A stretch of 64,000 bases of DNA, from positions 4,241 to 68,240 of the forward strand of contig JBBRAW010000005.1 of the NCBI GenBank assembly GCA_038206385.1, in the 5' to 3' direction. The notes beneath the pieces are model-generated. The model was given only the letters and a program-made list of their open reading frames with translations, made no database searches and was not told the DNA's origin. Made by a program: the position numbers and the translations under genes. Below, piece by piece: positions 1 to 10,656 of this stretch (position 1 is its first letter; every line of letters starts with the position of its first letter). The DNA comes from Bacteroidia bacterium. GTDB lineage: Bacteria > Bacteroidota > Bacteroidia > AKYH767-A > OLB10.

Positions 1-2
1 CA

Positions 3-3000
3 TTCAATGCACATCGTATTGATGTTCCAGTTCCAGTTCAAACGGTAGCAGATTTACGAGAACTAGCAAAAAAAACCAATACCAGTTTTGTTACAATTAT
101 GCTCAGCATCTTTGAGACGTTTTTATACAAAGTGACAGGTCAAAAGGAGTTAGTAGTAGGACTCCCATCATCTGGACAAAGCGCTGAAGGACTTTATAAT
201 TTGGTTGGTCATTGCGTGAATTTATTACCTATCAGAACTAGCTTAGATCCCCAAATGACCTTTCTAGAGTATCTAAAGGAGAGACGAGGCTACCTTTTTG
301 ATGCTTTTGATCATCAACAATTTACCTTTGGGAATCTAGTGCGTAAATTAAATATAAATAGAGACCCTTCCCGAATACCATTAGTGCCAGTAGTGTTAAA
401 TGTTGATATCGGTTTTACAGATGGATTTCAGTTTAGCGGTCTTACCTTTGACTTCTCAACAAACCCACGTTTTTATGAGAATTTTGAGCTGTTTCTAAAT
501 GCTTCAGGAAATGGTAATAATTTATTATTAGAATGTACTTATAATATTGATTTATTTGAAACATCGATGATGGAATTGCGCATGCAAGAATTCATCCATG
601 TAATGCAACAAGTGATTACGAATTCCACACAACAGATTGCAAAGATTTCTGCCATGACAACAAAAGAACAGGTTGTATTAAGTACTCTGAATTTGAATAT
701 TAAAGACTATCCAACAAGTAAAGGGATACATGAATTATTCTCAGAGAAAGCGACCTTATTCCCAAATAGAATTGCTACTTCTAGCAATGCCAATAGTTAC
801 TCTTATAGTAGAGTAGATCGTTTATCAACTGCGATTGCAGCTCAACTACAACAACGAGGTGTAAAGCCAGGTGATTTTGTTGGCGTTTGCCTTCCGAGAG
901 TTGTCGAACTACCAATGGTGCTTCTTGCAATCATGAAAACAGGCGCCGCTTATGTTCCATTGGATCCGAATTTTCCTGCCGATCGATTACGATTAATGTT
1001 AGATGATTCACAAGCAGGAATAGTAATAGCAACAAAAAAATTAGCAGCAGATCTTGAATTAACTTCTGAACAAGTATTTTATTTTGATGAAGAAGAACTA
1101 AAAAATTTCACTACCGATTTATTTGTTCCAGTACCTTTTTCTGCGGATCAATTAGCGTATGTACTTTATACTTCTGGATCAACAGGAAAACCAAAAGGTG
1201 TAATGGTAAAACATAGTGGGGTAGTAAATCTCATGACTGATTTACAAACAACTTTTAACTTTAAACCTGAAGATACCTTACTAGCAATAACAACTATTTC
1301 ATTTGATATTTCTGTTCTTGAATTCTTTTTACCACTTCTTAGTGGAGCAGGTGTACATCTTGCAACTAGAGAACAAGCAATGGATGCTACTTGGCTAGAT
1401 AAAACAATTCAAGAATATCCAATTACATATATGCAAGGTACTCCCGCAACATGGGAATTACTTTTAACATCTGGATGGAGAGGTGCAAAACATTTAACAG
1501 TTTTATGTGGAGGAGAAGCTTTACGTGTTGAACTAGCAGAAAAACTTTTTGGTAAAAATTTAGCTGTTTGGAATTTATACGGACCAACAGAAACAACTAT
1601 TTGGTCGACTATAAAAAAAATAGAGATAAGTGATTTTCATAATACACGTAATGGTGGAGTTAGCATTGGTAAAGCTGTTGCCAATACACAATTATATATT
1701 GTAGATGAATTCGGACAACCTTGTCCATTAGGTGTTGCTGGAGAATTATGGATTGGTGGGGATGGTGTTTCAACTGGATACCTCAACCGACCAGAATTAA
1801 ATGCGGAAAAATTTATTCCGAATACTTTTACTTCAGGAATGATTTATCGTACTGGTGATAGAGTATCGGTTGATACAGAAGGAAATCTTCATTTCTTAAA
1901 TCGCCTTGATCATCAAGTAAAAATACGTGGTTACCGAATTGAGTTAGGAGAAATTGAAGCTGCACTAAATAAATCACCAGGTATTCGTCAAGGTGTTGTT
2001 GTAGCACGACAAAATCAATCGGGAGATAATTTTCTTGCTGCCTATTTTATTGCAGAAACGAATGGCATTGAAATTCCTAAATTAGATCTTCAGAAAAAAT
2101 TGATTCAAGCATCACGCGAAAGCATGTCATCAATTTTACCAGATTACATGATTCCTACTGCTTGGATGTTATTGGATAAATTTCCACTTACACCAAATGA
2201 TAAGATCGACAGAAAGGCATTGCCTGATCCACAAATAAATCGTGAAATAACAAGAAGTAATGTATCCGAAGAATCGTTTAGTAAAATTGAAAAAATAATT
2301 GCTGACGTTTGGAAACAAATTCTAAATGTTCAAGAAATAGCACTCGATGATGATTTCTTTAAGTTAGGCGGTCACTCATTACTTGCTGTACGAATGATGG
2401 TTGATTTGGAACATATTACTGGAATAAAATTACCGCTTGCAGTATTATTTACCAATCCTACTATTGGTGCACTGAGTAAATTATATGAAACACCACCAGA
2501 AGATTTAATTTGGAATCCTTTAGTTATCATTAAAGAAACAGGAAGTCGTAAACCATTGTATTTTTCACATGGAATTAGTGGCAACGTTTTCAAGTATCAT
2601 GCATTAGCACAACTGCTCGACAATGATCAACCAAGTTATGGATTACAAGCTATTGGATTAAATGGAAAAGATGAGCCACTATCAGTAATGGAAGATATTG
2701 CAGCACATCATGTAAAAGAAATTATTTCGTTTCAGCCAGAAGGTCCTTATGCACTAGCAGGAGGTTCCTTTGGTGGTTATCTCGCTTACGAAATGGCGTT
2801 GCAATTAAGAGCTCTTGGAAAAGAAGTTAGCTTCTTATGCTTATTCGATTTAGATGCAGCATCAGAACTTGAATTCTTATCAAAAGGAATGAAACAAATA
2901 AAAGGAGCCCAACTTTTTGCTCAAAGATTTGTGAAACGCGCAGTAAGTTTTATAAGTGCTGATAAAGAAGAACGTCAAAAATATCTTCAAGCCAAGATGC

Positions 3001-3371
3001 GAAATAAAAGTAAACAAGGTGCTGGAAATGTTGATTATGATTTAGAATCGTGGCTCGACAAACATAAAATGGTTGAGTTAATAGGTGAAGAGTCCGCTGC
3101 TTATTTCCGAAATATTGAAGAGGCTTGCTACAAAGCTATGACTGATTATAAAATAAAAAAATATGATCGCGACATCACCTTAATACGTGCGCAAGAAGGA
3201 TATTTCAACAATACTTACGCACATGATTTAGGATGGAAACATTTCACAAGTGGAAAAGTGGATGTTCATGTTGTACCTGGTGATCATAACTCGATTTTCT
3301 GGGAACCAAATGTTTTTGAATTAGCTAAAACAGTTAACAAACCCCTTAATCATCTTGCCAAGAAAAAATAA
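3..3371 (+). CDS. NRPS terminal module, 5'-truncated by the window: (C)-A(Gly-type)-T-TE
   Basis: Frame is open from position 3 (FNAHRIDV...), so the gene starts upstream of the window. A-domain motifs YTSGSTGKPKG, FDISVLE, NLYGPTETT, GELWIGG, YRTGD, QVKIRGYRIELGEIE. T domain LGGHSLL. TE motifs GGSFGG and PGDH. Manual specificity code DILQLGLIWK. Confidence 0.93.
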   Translation, partial: FNAHRIDVPVPVQTVADLRELAKKTNTSFVTIMLSIFETFLYKVTGQKELVVGLPSSGQSAEGLYNLVGHCVNLLPIRTSLDPQMTFLEYLKERRGYLFDAFDHQQFTFGNLVRKLNINRDPSRIPLVPVVLNVDIGFTDGFQFSGLTFDFSTNPRFYENFELFLNASGNGNNLLLECTYNIDLFETSMMELRMQEFIHVMQQVITNSTQQIAKISAMTTKEQVVLSTLNLNIKDYPTSKGIHELFSEKATLFPNRIATSSNANSYSYSRVDRLSTAIAAQLQQRGVKPGDFVGVCLPRVVELPMVLLAIMKTGAAYVPLDPNFPADRLRLMLDDSQAGIVIATKKLAADLELTSEQVFYFDEEELKNFTTDLFVPVPFSADQLAYVLYTSGSTGKPKGVMVKHSGVVNLMTDLQTTFNFKPEDTLLAITTISFDISVLEFFLPLLSGAGVHLATREQAMDATWLDKTIQEYPITYMQGTPATWELLLTSGWRGAKHLTVLCGGEALRVELAEKLFGKNLAVWNLYGPTETTIWSTIKKIEISDFHNTRNGGVSIGKAVANTQLYIVDEFGQPCPLGVAGELWIGGDGVSTGYLNRPELNAEKFIPNTFTSGMIYRTGDRVSVDTEGNLHFLNRLDHQVKIRGYRIELGEIEAALNKSPGIRQGVVVARQNQSGDNFLAAYFIAETNGIEIPKLDLQKKLIQASRESMSSILPDYMIPTAWMLLDKFPLTPNDKIDRKALPDPQINREITRSNVSEESFSKIEKIIADVWKQILNVQEIALDDDFFKLGGHSLLAVRMMVDLEHITGIKLPLAVLFTNPTIGALSKLYETPPEDLIWNPLVIIKETGSRKPLYFSHGISGNVFKYHALAQLLDNDQPSYGLQAIGLNGKDEPLSVMEDIAAHHVKEIISFQPEGPYALAGGSFGGYLAYEMALQLRALGKEVSFLCLFDLDAASELEFLSKGMKQIKGAQLFAQRFVKRAVSFISADKEERQKYLQAKMRNKSKQGAGNVDYDLESWLDKHKMVELIGEESAAYFRNIEEACYKAMTDYKIKKYDRDITLIRAQEGYFNNTYAHDLGWKHFTSGKVDVHVVPGDHNSIFWEPNVFELAKTVNKPLNHLAKKK

Positions 3372-3566
3372 TTTATACAATTCGTACGTTATAATTATGT
3401 TTAGATGATTCACAAAAGCATCTGCAATTTATTTAATATGGAAACAGTATAAATTTATTAATTCAAAAACAATAGTTAGTTAAATCGAGTTAGATATTTT
3501 ACCAATACTGAATATCAATTCGACAATCAATAATCACCCATTAAAAATTGCATTACGATTTCTAAC

Positions 3567-6305
3567 ATGACAACAAATGAAGTGAGTGTATTAAATGCGC
3601 TCAATTTAAATATTAAACCCTATCCCTCCACAAAAGGGATACATGAATTATTTTCAGAAAAGGCATTAGCATTTTCAAATAAAATTGCCACTTCGAGTAG
3701 TATCCAAAATTATACGTATGCTCAATTAGATTCTCTTTCAACAGCACTCGCTGCATTATTACAACAACGTGGAATTAAACAAGGTGATTTCGTAGGAGTG
3801 TGTCTTCCACGTATTGTAGAGTTACCAATGGTGCTAATTGCAATTATAAAGGCTGGTGCAGCATACGTTCCCCTTGATCCTAGTTTCCCTGCTGATCGTT
3901 TGCGATTAATGTTGGATGATTCACAAGCACCAATTGTTATTACAACAAATCAATTAGCCGTTGATTTAGAATTAACAACCGAAAGAATATTAAATTTTGA
4001 TGTTACTGCATTAGAGAAAATTCCAAACGGATCTTTTAAACCAGTACCTGTTGTTGAAAATCAATTGGCTTATGTACTATATACATCTGGCTCGACAGGA
4101 AAACCAAAAGGTGTAATGGTAAAACATAATGGTGTTGTAAATCTTATGGTGGATTTAAAAGAACGCTTCAACATAAAACCTGAAGATACATTACTTGCGA
4201 TCTCTACTATTTCTTTTGATATTTCAGTGCTTGAATTCTTCTTGCCATTGCTAAGTGGTGCACGTGTACATCTTGCAACAAGAGAAGAATCAATGGATGC
4301 TACATGGCTTGATAAAACAATTCAAGATTTTCCAATTACTTATTTGCAAGGAACACCAACAACGTGGGAACTGCTTTTAGCATCTGGGTGGAAAGGCGCC
4401 AAACATTTAAATGTTTTATGTGGAGGTGAAGCGTTACGTTTTGAACTTGCAGAAAGATTATTTGGAAATAATTTAGCTGTATGGAATTTATATGGCCCAA
4501 CTGAAACATCTATTTGGTCAACTATAAAAAAGATTGACGAAACAGATTTTAAAAATATCGTGAATGGAGGAATGAGCATTGGTAAAACAATTGCAAATAC
4601 TTTATTATATATTGTTGATGAAACAGGAATACCTTGTCCATTAGGAGTGGCGGGAGAATTATGGATTGGTGGTGATGGTGTATCTGCCGGCTATTTAAAT
4701 CGTCCTGAATTAAATGCTGAAAAATTTACTCCTAATCCCTTTGATGAAGGAAATATTTATCGAACAGGTGATCGTGTAATCGTTGATCCCAATGGAAATT
4801 TACATTTCTTAAACCGCTTAGATCATCAAGTTAAAATACGTGGATACCGAATTGAATTAGGCGAAATTGAAGCCGCATTAAATAAAACTCCAAACATTCG
4901 TTTAGGTGTTGTAGTAGCTCGTCAAGGATCTACTGGTGATAGTTATCTTGCATCTTATTTTATTTCCGATTTAAACGATGGAAGTATCTCCAAAAATGAA
5001 TTACAAAAAAAATTAGCAACTGCTGCTAGAGAAAGTATGTCGACATTTTTACCCGACTACATGATTCCAAATACATATACACTATTAGATAAATTTCCAC
5101 TTACACCGAATGAAAAGATTGATCGAAAAAATTTACCAGATCCACAAATAAATTTCGATCTGATAAAAAAATCATTAAAAGAACAAGCCTTTAATGATAC
5201 AGAAAAAATTATTGCAGAAGTTTGGAAACAAATTCTCAATATTCATGATATTACTCTTGATGATGATTTCTTTAAGTTGGGAGGGCATTCCCTTTTAGCA
5301 GTTCGTATGATGGTAGAACTTGAACATCTTACAAAGGTGAAATTACCACTTGCCGTTTTATTTACGAATCCTACAATTGGATCGCTAAGTAAACTTTATG
5401 ATACACCACCTAGTGATTTAATTTGGAATCCGCTTGTTGTCATTAAAGAAACAGGAACTAGAAAGCCGTTATATTTTGCTCATGGTATTAGTGGAAATAT
5501 CTTCAAGTATTATGAACTTGCTCAACTATTGCACCCTGATCAACCTAGTTATGGATTACAGGCAATAGGTTTGAATGGAAAAGATGAACCACTGTCTAAC
5601 ATGAAAGAAATTGCAGCACATCACATAAAAGAAATTATAAAGTTTCAACCAGAAGGACCTTATGCATTAGCAGGAGGTTCATTTGGTGGTTACCTCGCCT
5701 ATGAAATGGCATTGCAATTAAAAGCACTTGGAAAAGAAATTAGCTTTCTTTGTTTATTTGATGTAGAAGCCGTTTCTGAATTGGAATTTTTATCTACTGG
5801 AATGAAACAAATTAAAGGTGTTCAGTTGTTTGCAGAACGGCTTATTAAACGTGCTGCAAATTTTATCGCATCCGACAATGAAAAACGTCAACAGTACCTT
5901 CAATCTAAACTGAATAAAAAAACAAATCAAAGTGGAAGTCATCAGGAAACTGAACTAGAATCGTGGCTTGATAAACATAAAATGGTAGAACTTATTGGCG
6001 AAGAATCTGCTGCAAGTTTTCGAAATATTGAAGAGGCTTGTTACAAAGCGATGATTGATTATAAAATTGAAAAGTTTAATATAGATCTAACACTTGTTCG
6101 TGCTCAAGAAGGTTTTTTTAACAATACTTTTTCACATGATTTAGGATGGAAACATTTTACCAACGGAAAAGTTGACGTACATGTCATTCCCGGTGATCAT
6201 AATTCTATTTTCTGGGAGCCTTATGTTTTTGAGCTCGCAAAAATTGTTAATGAATCATTATCACATGTTGCTAAAAGAAATGCAATCCGCCGCGTTGAAA
6301 ATTAA
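3567..6305 (+). CDS. Stand-alone NRPS A(Gly-type)-T-TE protein, paralogue of the preceding module
   Basis: Same A/T/TE motifs and same code DILQLGLIWK. Colinear with the previous ORF from its internal MTT.. onward. No C domain. Confidence 0.92.
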   Translation: MTTNEVSVLNALNLNIKPYPSTKGIHELFSEKALAFSNKIATSSSIQNYTYAQLDSLSTALAALLQQRGIKQGDFVGVCLPRIVELPMVLIAIIKAGAAYVPLDPSFPADRLRLMLDDSQAPIVITTNQLAVDLELTTERILNFDVTALEKIPNGSFKPVPVVENQLAYVLYTSGSTGKPKGVMVKHNGVVNLMVDLKERFNIKPEDTLLAISTISFDISVLEFFLPLLSGARVHLATREESMDATWLDKTIQDFPITYLQGTPTTWELLLASGWKGAKHLNVLCGGEALRFELAERLFGNNLAVWNLYGPTETSIWSTIKKIDETDFKNIVNGGMSIGKTIANTLLYIVDETGIPCPLGVAGELWIGGDGVSAGYLNRPELNAEKFTPNPFDEGNIYRTGDRVIVDPNGNLHFLNRLDHQVKIRGYRIELGEIEAALNKTPNIRLGVVVARQGSTGDSYLASYFISDLNDGSISKNELQKKLATAARESMSTFLPDYMIPNTYTLLDKFPLTPNEKIDRKNLPDPQINFDLIKKSLKEQAFNDTEKIIAEVWKQILNIHDITLDDDFFKLGGHSLLAVRMMVELEHLTKVKLPLAVLFTNPTIGSLSKLYDTPPSDLIWNPLVVIKETGTRKPLYFAHGISGNIFKYYELAQLLHPDQPSYGLQAIGLNGKDEPLSNMKEIAAHHIKEIIKFQPEGPYALAGGSFGGYLAYEMALQLKALGKEISFLCLFDVEAVSELEFLSTGMKQIKGVQLFAERLIKRAANFIASDNEKRQQYLQSKLNKKTNQSGSHQETELESWLDKHKMVELIGEESAASFRNIEEACYKAMIDYKIEKFNIDLTLVRAQEGFFNNTFSHDLGWKHFTNGKVDVHVIPGDHNSIFWEPYVFELAKIVNESLSHVAKRNAIRRVEN

Positions 6306-6978
6306 ACCCTATCATCCAACGGCAAATAACCCATTGCTATTTAATCCAGTGTTGGAAAATATATTAGTAATTGTAAAATTAAATTCGACAAGATTAGAAT
6401 ACTATAATTTAACCACTATCGAAAATCTTCATGCAACAAAATACCATCAACAAAAAGATGTGTTATCTTATTCTTGGAGACATCATTTATTGAATACTTG
6501 GTTAAGTAATTATTGCAATAAACCATTTGATCAATTAAACCTCAAAACTACAAAAGAAGGAAAAAATTATTTGGATACATTACCATTCCATTTCAACATT
6601 AGCAAATCAACAACCTACTTAGCCTTTAGTTTTGGGCCTAATCCCATCGGAGTTGATATAGAAACCATAAAAGACTTTAAGCCTTTCATGCCGATTGCAG
6701 ACCAGCATTTTCATGAGAATGAGCAATTACTTTTATCAGAAGAAAAATCGCCATTATCTTTTTTCTCAATCTGGACAAGAAAGGAAGCGCTTCTAAAGGC
6801 AAATGGATCTGGAATTAATGATAACCTAAAAAACTTGGATACAACATCAGAAAGCCATCAAATGGATTCAAGAATATATCAATTGGAAACTTACGCAAAT
6901 GATGAATTTATTGTGAGTCTTGCATATCAAAGTACAGATCCTCTTCTATTAAAAATATGTAATTATAACATTCTATAA
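6280..6978 (+). CDS. 4'-phosphopantetheinyl transferase (Sfp/AcpT-like)
   Basis: GVDIE and WTRKEALLKANGSG motifs. Start placed at ATG 6280, overlapping the NRPS stop; the ORF track start at 6172 is probably too long. Confidence 0.88.
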   Translation: MQSAALKIKPYHPTANNPLLFNPVLENILVIVKLNSTRLEYYNLTTIENLHATKYHQQKDVLSYSWRHHLLNTWLSNYCNKPFDQLNLKTTKEGKNYLDTLPFHFNISKSTTYLAFSFGPNPIGVDIETIKDFKPFMPIADQHFHENEQLLLSEEKSPLSFFSIWTRKEALLKANGSGINDNLKNLDTTSESHQMDSRIYQLETYANDEFIVSLAYQSTDPLLLKICNYNIL

Positions 6979-7098
6979 AGTACAACGTTATAAATGTGCG
7001 AAATTGCTCTCTCTTTGCTTACTGTAATTGTGTAGGCTTTCGTATACTTGCTGTAAAAATAAATACCATTCTTCCATTAGATTTAAAATCGAAACTTA

Positions 7099-8721
7099 AT
7101 GGAAATGTCGAAAAATATGAAACTAAAAATTAATTTAAAGTTCCTTGCCTTTGTGTTCGGACTTACCTTTTGTTTGAATGTACCTACAGTGAAAGCTCAA
7201 AGTACAGAGCAAGGACAAAAGTTTGATGCATTGTTGAACATGATTCAATATGCTTATGTGGATTCTGTTGACCAGAAAAAAATATCAGAAGATGCTATTC
7301 GTGCTTTGCTGAAAGAATTAGATCCGCATTCTATTTATATTTCTGCTGATGATTTAAAAGAAACAAACGAGCCGTTAGTTGGAAAGTTTGAAGGTGTCGG
7401 TATACAATTTAATATTTTGGATGATACCATTATGGTTACACAAACTATTTCTGGTGGACCATCCGAAAAATTAGGTATTCGTGCTGGTGATCGCATTGTA
7501 AAAATTGATGATGCAAAAGTCACCAACATCGGTATAAAAAATAATGATGTATTAAAAAAATTGCGTGGAGATAAAGGAACAAAAGTAAAAGTTGCTATTG
7601 CTCGTCGAGGTAGCCCAGAATTATTGGATTATACGATTACGCGCGATAAAATTCCTTTGTTTAGTGTCGACGCAACATACATGGCTTCACCAACAATTGG
7701 CTATATAAAAATTAGCAAATTTGCTGATAGCACCGTTGATGAATTTAAAGAAGGATTAGCAAAACTTAAAGAACAAGGAATGAAAAGTATTATCCTTGAC
7801 TTAACAGGTAACGGTGGAGGATATTTGAATAGAGCCATTGAACTAGCTGATGAGTTTTTATCAAATGGAAAACGAGTTGTATATACCGAAGGTAGAAATT
7901 CTGTTCGCCAAGATTCGTATGCAACAAGTGCAGGTGGTTTTGAAACAGGAAAAGTAATTGTATTAGTTGATGAAGGCTCCGCTTCTGCAAGTGAAATTGT
8001 TACGGGCGCTTTACAAGATTGGGACCGAGCATTAGTGATTGGACGTAGAACATTTGCTAAAGGATTAGTACAAAAACCATTTCCATTACCTGATGGCTCT
8101 GCTGTTCGACTTACTATCGCTCGTTATCATACACCATCAGGAAGATGTATTCAAAAACATTATGAGCCCGGTGATGAAAACTATGAAATGGATTTAAGCA
8201 ATCGTTTTACTCATGGTGAATTATATAGTCCTGATAGCATTAAATTTATCGACTCTTTAAAATACAATACCAATGCAGGTAGAATAGTTTACGGTGGTGG
8301 TGGAATTATGCCTGATGTATTTATTCCTTTAGATACAAGTATGAGCAGCAAATATTATGATAATTTAAGAAGAGAAAGTGTATTGAATGATTTCACGTAT
8401 GCGTATGTTGATGAACATCGTGCTGAACTTTTAAAATCATACACTGATGTTTTTGCTTTCAAACAAAACTTTATACTTACTGATGAATTCATGAACAAAT
8501 TCATGGCTTTAGCTGAGAAGAAAAATGTGAAAAAAGACGAGAAAGGATATGCAACTTCGGAGAAGTTAATCAAGACACAATTACGTGCATTGATTGCAAG
8601 AGACCTTTGGAACACCAATGCATATTATGTTATCATCAATGATATCAATCCTTTCCTAATTAAAGCAATGCAAGCATTCGATGATCATACATTTGAAAAG
8701 ATGAAAATAGCAGGAAACTAA
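7099..8721 (+). CDS. S41 family C-terminal processing peptidase with PDZ domain
   Basis: Signal peptide, LDPHS, GVGIQF PDZ entry, DLTGNGGG, DEGSASASEIV, GRRTFAKG. Confidence 0.92.
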   Translation: MEMSKNMKLKINLKFLAFVFGLTFCLNVPTVKAQSTEQGQKFDALLNMIQYAYVDSVDQKKISEDAIRALLKELDPHSIYISADDLKETNEPLVGKFEGVGIQFNILDDTIMVTQTISGGPSEKLGIRAGDRIVKIDDAKVTNIGIKNNDVLKKLRGDKGTKVKVAIARRGSPELLDYTITRDKIPLFSVDATYMASPTIGYIKISKFADSTVDEFKEGLAKLKEQGMKSIILDLTGNGGGYLNRAIELADEFLSNGKRVVYTEGRNSVRQDSYATSAGGFETGKVIVLVDEGSASASEIVTGALQDWDRALVIGRRTFAKGLVQKPFPLPDGSAVRLTIARYHTPSGRCIQKHYEPGDENYEMDLSNRFTHGELYSPDSIKFIDSLKYNTNAGRIVYGGGGIMPDVFIPLDTSMSSKYYDNLRRESVLNDFTYAYVDEHRAELLKSYTDVFAFKQNFILTDEFMNKFMALAEKKNVKKDEKGYATSEKLIKTQLRALIARDLWNTNAYYVIINDINPFLIKAMQAFDDHTFEKMKIAGN

Positions 8722-8737
8722 TTTTTTTATAGAAAAT

Positions 8738-8773
8738 AAAAAAGGGTTCTTCTTAATGGAAGAACCCTTTTTT
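8738..8773. terminator. Bidirectional intrinsic terminator
   Basis: AAAAAAGGGTTCTTC-TTAATG-GAAGAACCCTTTTTT between the convergent S41 and yceI genes. Confidence 0.85.
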
Positions 8774-8812
8774 ATTAAAATTTAGCGTAAGAATATCTGC
8801 TCTAATAAAAGA

Positions 8813-8838
8813 CCCGATGAAAATTACTCTTCATCGGG
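8813..8838 (-). terminator. Probable yceI terminator
   Basis: CCCGATGAA/TTCATCGGG stem followed by TCTTTT on the minus strand. Confidence 0.6.
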
Positions 8839-8880
8839 GAATCAAACGCATTGCTATTTTTTTCAATAGCCCTCTACACA

Positions 8881-9417
8881 TTATTTTTGTTTTACTAATT
8901 GTATTTCTGCATGTAACTTCACTTCTTCGCTCAATAATAATCCACCCGTTTCCATGGTGCCATTCCATACTAAACCAAAATCTTTGCGATTAATTTTTCC
9001 CGTTACAGTAAATCCGGCTTTTGTATTTCCATAAGAATCATTTGCAATACCACCAAATTCAAGATTTAGTTGAACTGGTTTCGTAACATCACGAATTGTT
9101 AAATCACCATTTAAACTATAATTTCCGTTGGCATCAAGTTTCTCCGAATTACTTGCTTTGAATTTCATTTGCGGAAATTTTTCAGCATCAAAAAAATCTG
9201 GTGCTAATAAATGACCATCTCGTTTTTCATTTCCCGTATCAACTGAATTTATTTCCGCAGTGAAATCAATTTTTGCATTTTGAAAATCATCATTTGCTGC
9301 TTCAGCTTCAACGTTGAACTTGCCAAAATTTCCTGAAACATTGGTAATCATTAAGTGCTTTATTTTAAAGCCAATTTCTGAATGTGTTGGATCTGAGATC
9401 CATTTTGTTGTAGACAT
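8881..9417 (-). CDS. YceI family protein
   Basis: DPTHSEIGFKIKHLMITNVSG, RDGHL, GDLTIRDVTKPV, INRKDFG. Confidence 0.93.
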   Translation of the reverse strand: MSTTKWISDPTHSEIGFKIKHLMITNVSGNFGKFNVEAEAANDDFQNAKIDFTAEINSVDTGNEKRDGHLLAPDFFDAEKFPQMKFKASNSEKLDANGNYSLNGDLTIRDVTKPVQLNLEFGGIANDSYGNTKAGFTVTGKINRKDFGLVWNGTMETGGLLLSEEVKLHAEIQLVKQK

Positions 9418-9465
9418 TTTTTTGCGTTTTAAATTGTGTAAGTAATTTATTTATGTGTAGATTTT

Positions 9466-9697
9466 TTAAGCTTTAATAACTCCATTTAATATAGGATAAT
9501 CTGTATATCCCTTTTCTGCTATTTCACCAGTTGAATACAAAGTAGACTATTGAGAATATTCATTGAACTGTTATTTAAGAATCTTTCTAGTAAATCAATA
9601 TTCACAAAAAAATACATGCCATTCGAAATCATATTTGAATGCCCATTCTGTTTTTTAATACCATATTCTTAAGGGAAATTTCTTGTAGTAGTTTCAT
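9466..9697 (-). pseudogene. Internally deleted Old Yellow Enzyme (alkene reductase) remnant
   Basis: Manual translation gives an N-terminus MKLLQEISLKNMVLKNRM joined to C-terminal fragments ISNGMYFFVNIDLLERFLNN and LYSTGEIAEKGYTDYPIL. Only about 230 bp remain, with frameshifts. Confidence 0.7.
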
Positions 9698-9763
9698 TTT
9701 TTTATGCCTTTGATTAAGCAAAACGATTAACGATTGTTTCTATTTTACTTTTCATAACATTAA

Positions 9764-9802
9764 TTGTATATACAAATATACTACAAACTATTGTATATAC
9801 AA
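9764..9802. promoter_or_regulatory. Two perfect 12-bp palindromes TTGTATATACAA (probable repressor operators)
   Basis: Copies at 9764-9775 and 9791-9802, upstream of the decayed OYE-yceI unit. Confidence 0.7.
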
Positions 9803-9896
9803 CTGTTTAGGATTGTTAGAGCATCAAAGGTCTGACTGTAAGTATTATAAGATCTACATTTTAAGAGCAACCACTAAAACAAAAGGGTTTAATGCT

Positions 9897-10568
9897 CTAT
9901 TCTTTACCAGAAACAACAACAACGATTTCTCCTTTAACCGTTTTTTGTGAAAAATAAATCTTTAATTCTTCTACCGTTCCACGTTTATTTTCTTCAAACA
10001 TCTTGGTGAGTTCGCGTGAAACAGAAGCTATTCTTTCTGGACCAAAATATTCACAACATTCTTCTAAAAGCTTTACTAATCTGTGTGGTGATTCATAAAA
10101 AACGATAGTACGACTTTCTTCTTTTAATGCTGATAATCGGGTATGTCTTCCTTTTTTTTGTGGTAAAAATCCTTCAAACACAAAACGGTCGCAGGGAATT
10201 CCGCTCATCACTAATGCAGGTACAAAAGCAGTTGCACCCGGCAAACATTCTACTGGAACATCTTCACGTACACATTCTCGAATCAATAAATATCCAGGAT
10301 CACTTATGCCAGGCGTACCAGCATCACTAACCAAGGCAATACTTGTTCCCTCTTTCAATAAGCGTATTACTTCTTTCAATGCTTGATGTTCATTGTGCTG
10401 ATGATGAGAAAGAATTCGTTTCTCAATACCATAATGTTGCAATAAAAATTTAGAAGTGCGTGTATCTTCTGCCAAAACAATATCAACAGACTTTAGAACT
10501 TCAAGCGCCCTCAATGTAATATCTTGAAGATTTCCAATTGGGGTTGGCACTATGTATAACTTCGACAT
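9897..10568 (-). CDS. rsmI: 16S rRNA (cytidine1402-2'-O)-methyltransferase
   Basis: LYIVPTPIGNLQDIT, AEDTR, SDAGTPGISDPG, FYESPHR, RELTK, KGEIV. Confidence 0.96.
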   Translation of the reverse strand: MSKLYIVPTPIGNLQDITLRALEVLKSVDIVLAEDTRTSKFLLQHYGIEKRILSHHQHNEHQALKEVIRLLKEGTSIALVSDAGTPGISDPGYLLIRECVREDVPVECLPGATAFVPALVMSGIPCDRFVFEGFLPQKKGRHTRLSALKEESRTIVFYESPHRLVKLLEECCEYFGPERIASVSRELTKMFEENKRGTVEELKIYFSQKTVKGEIVVVVSGKE

Positions 10569-10656
10569 CGTTGCAAAATTGCCAAAAGAAAACTACTTTT
10601 TACCGAATAGCTTCAATATTTTATTTACTTTCATCAAACTAATCAACATACTAATT

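Noticed and set aside
3480-3566. Frameshifted C-domain remnant upstream of the second NRPS gene
   Set aside because: Only a few codons (INNHPLKIA) loosely resemble the C-A linker of ORF1; too weak to call.
10552-10656. Longer N-terminus of the S8 peptidase overlapping rsmI
   Set aside because: The signal peptide begins at Met 10657; the upstream stretch is the divergent promoter region.
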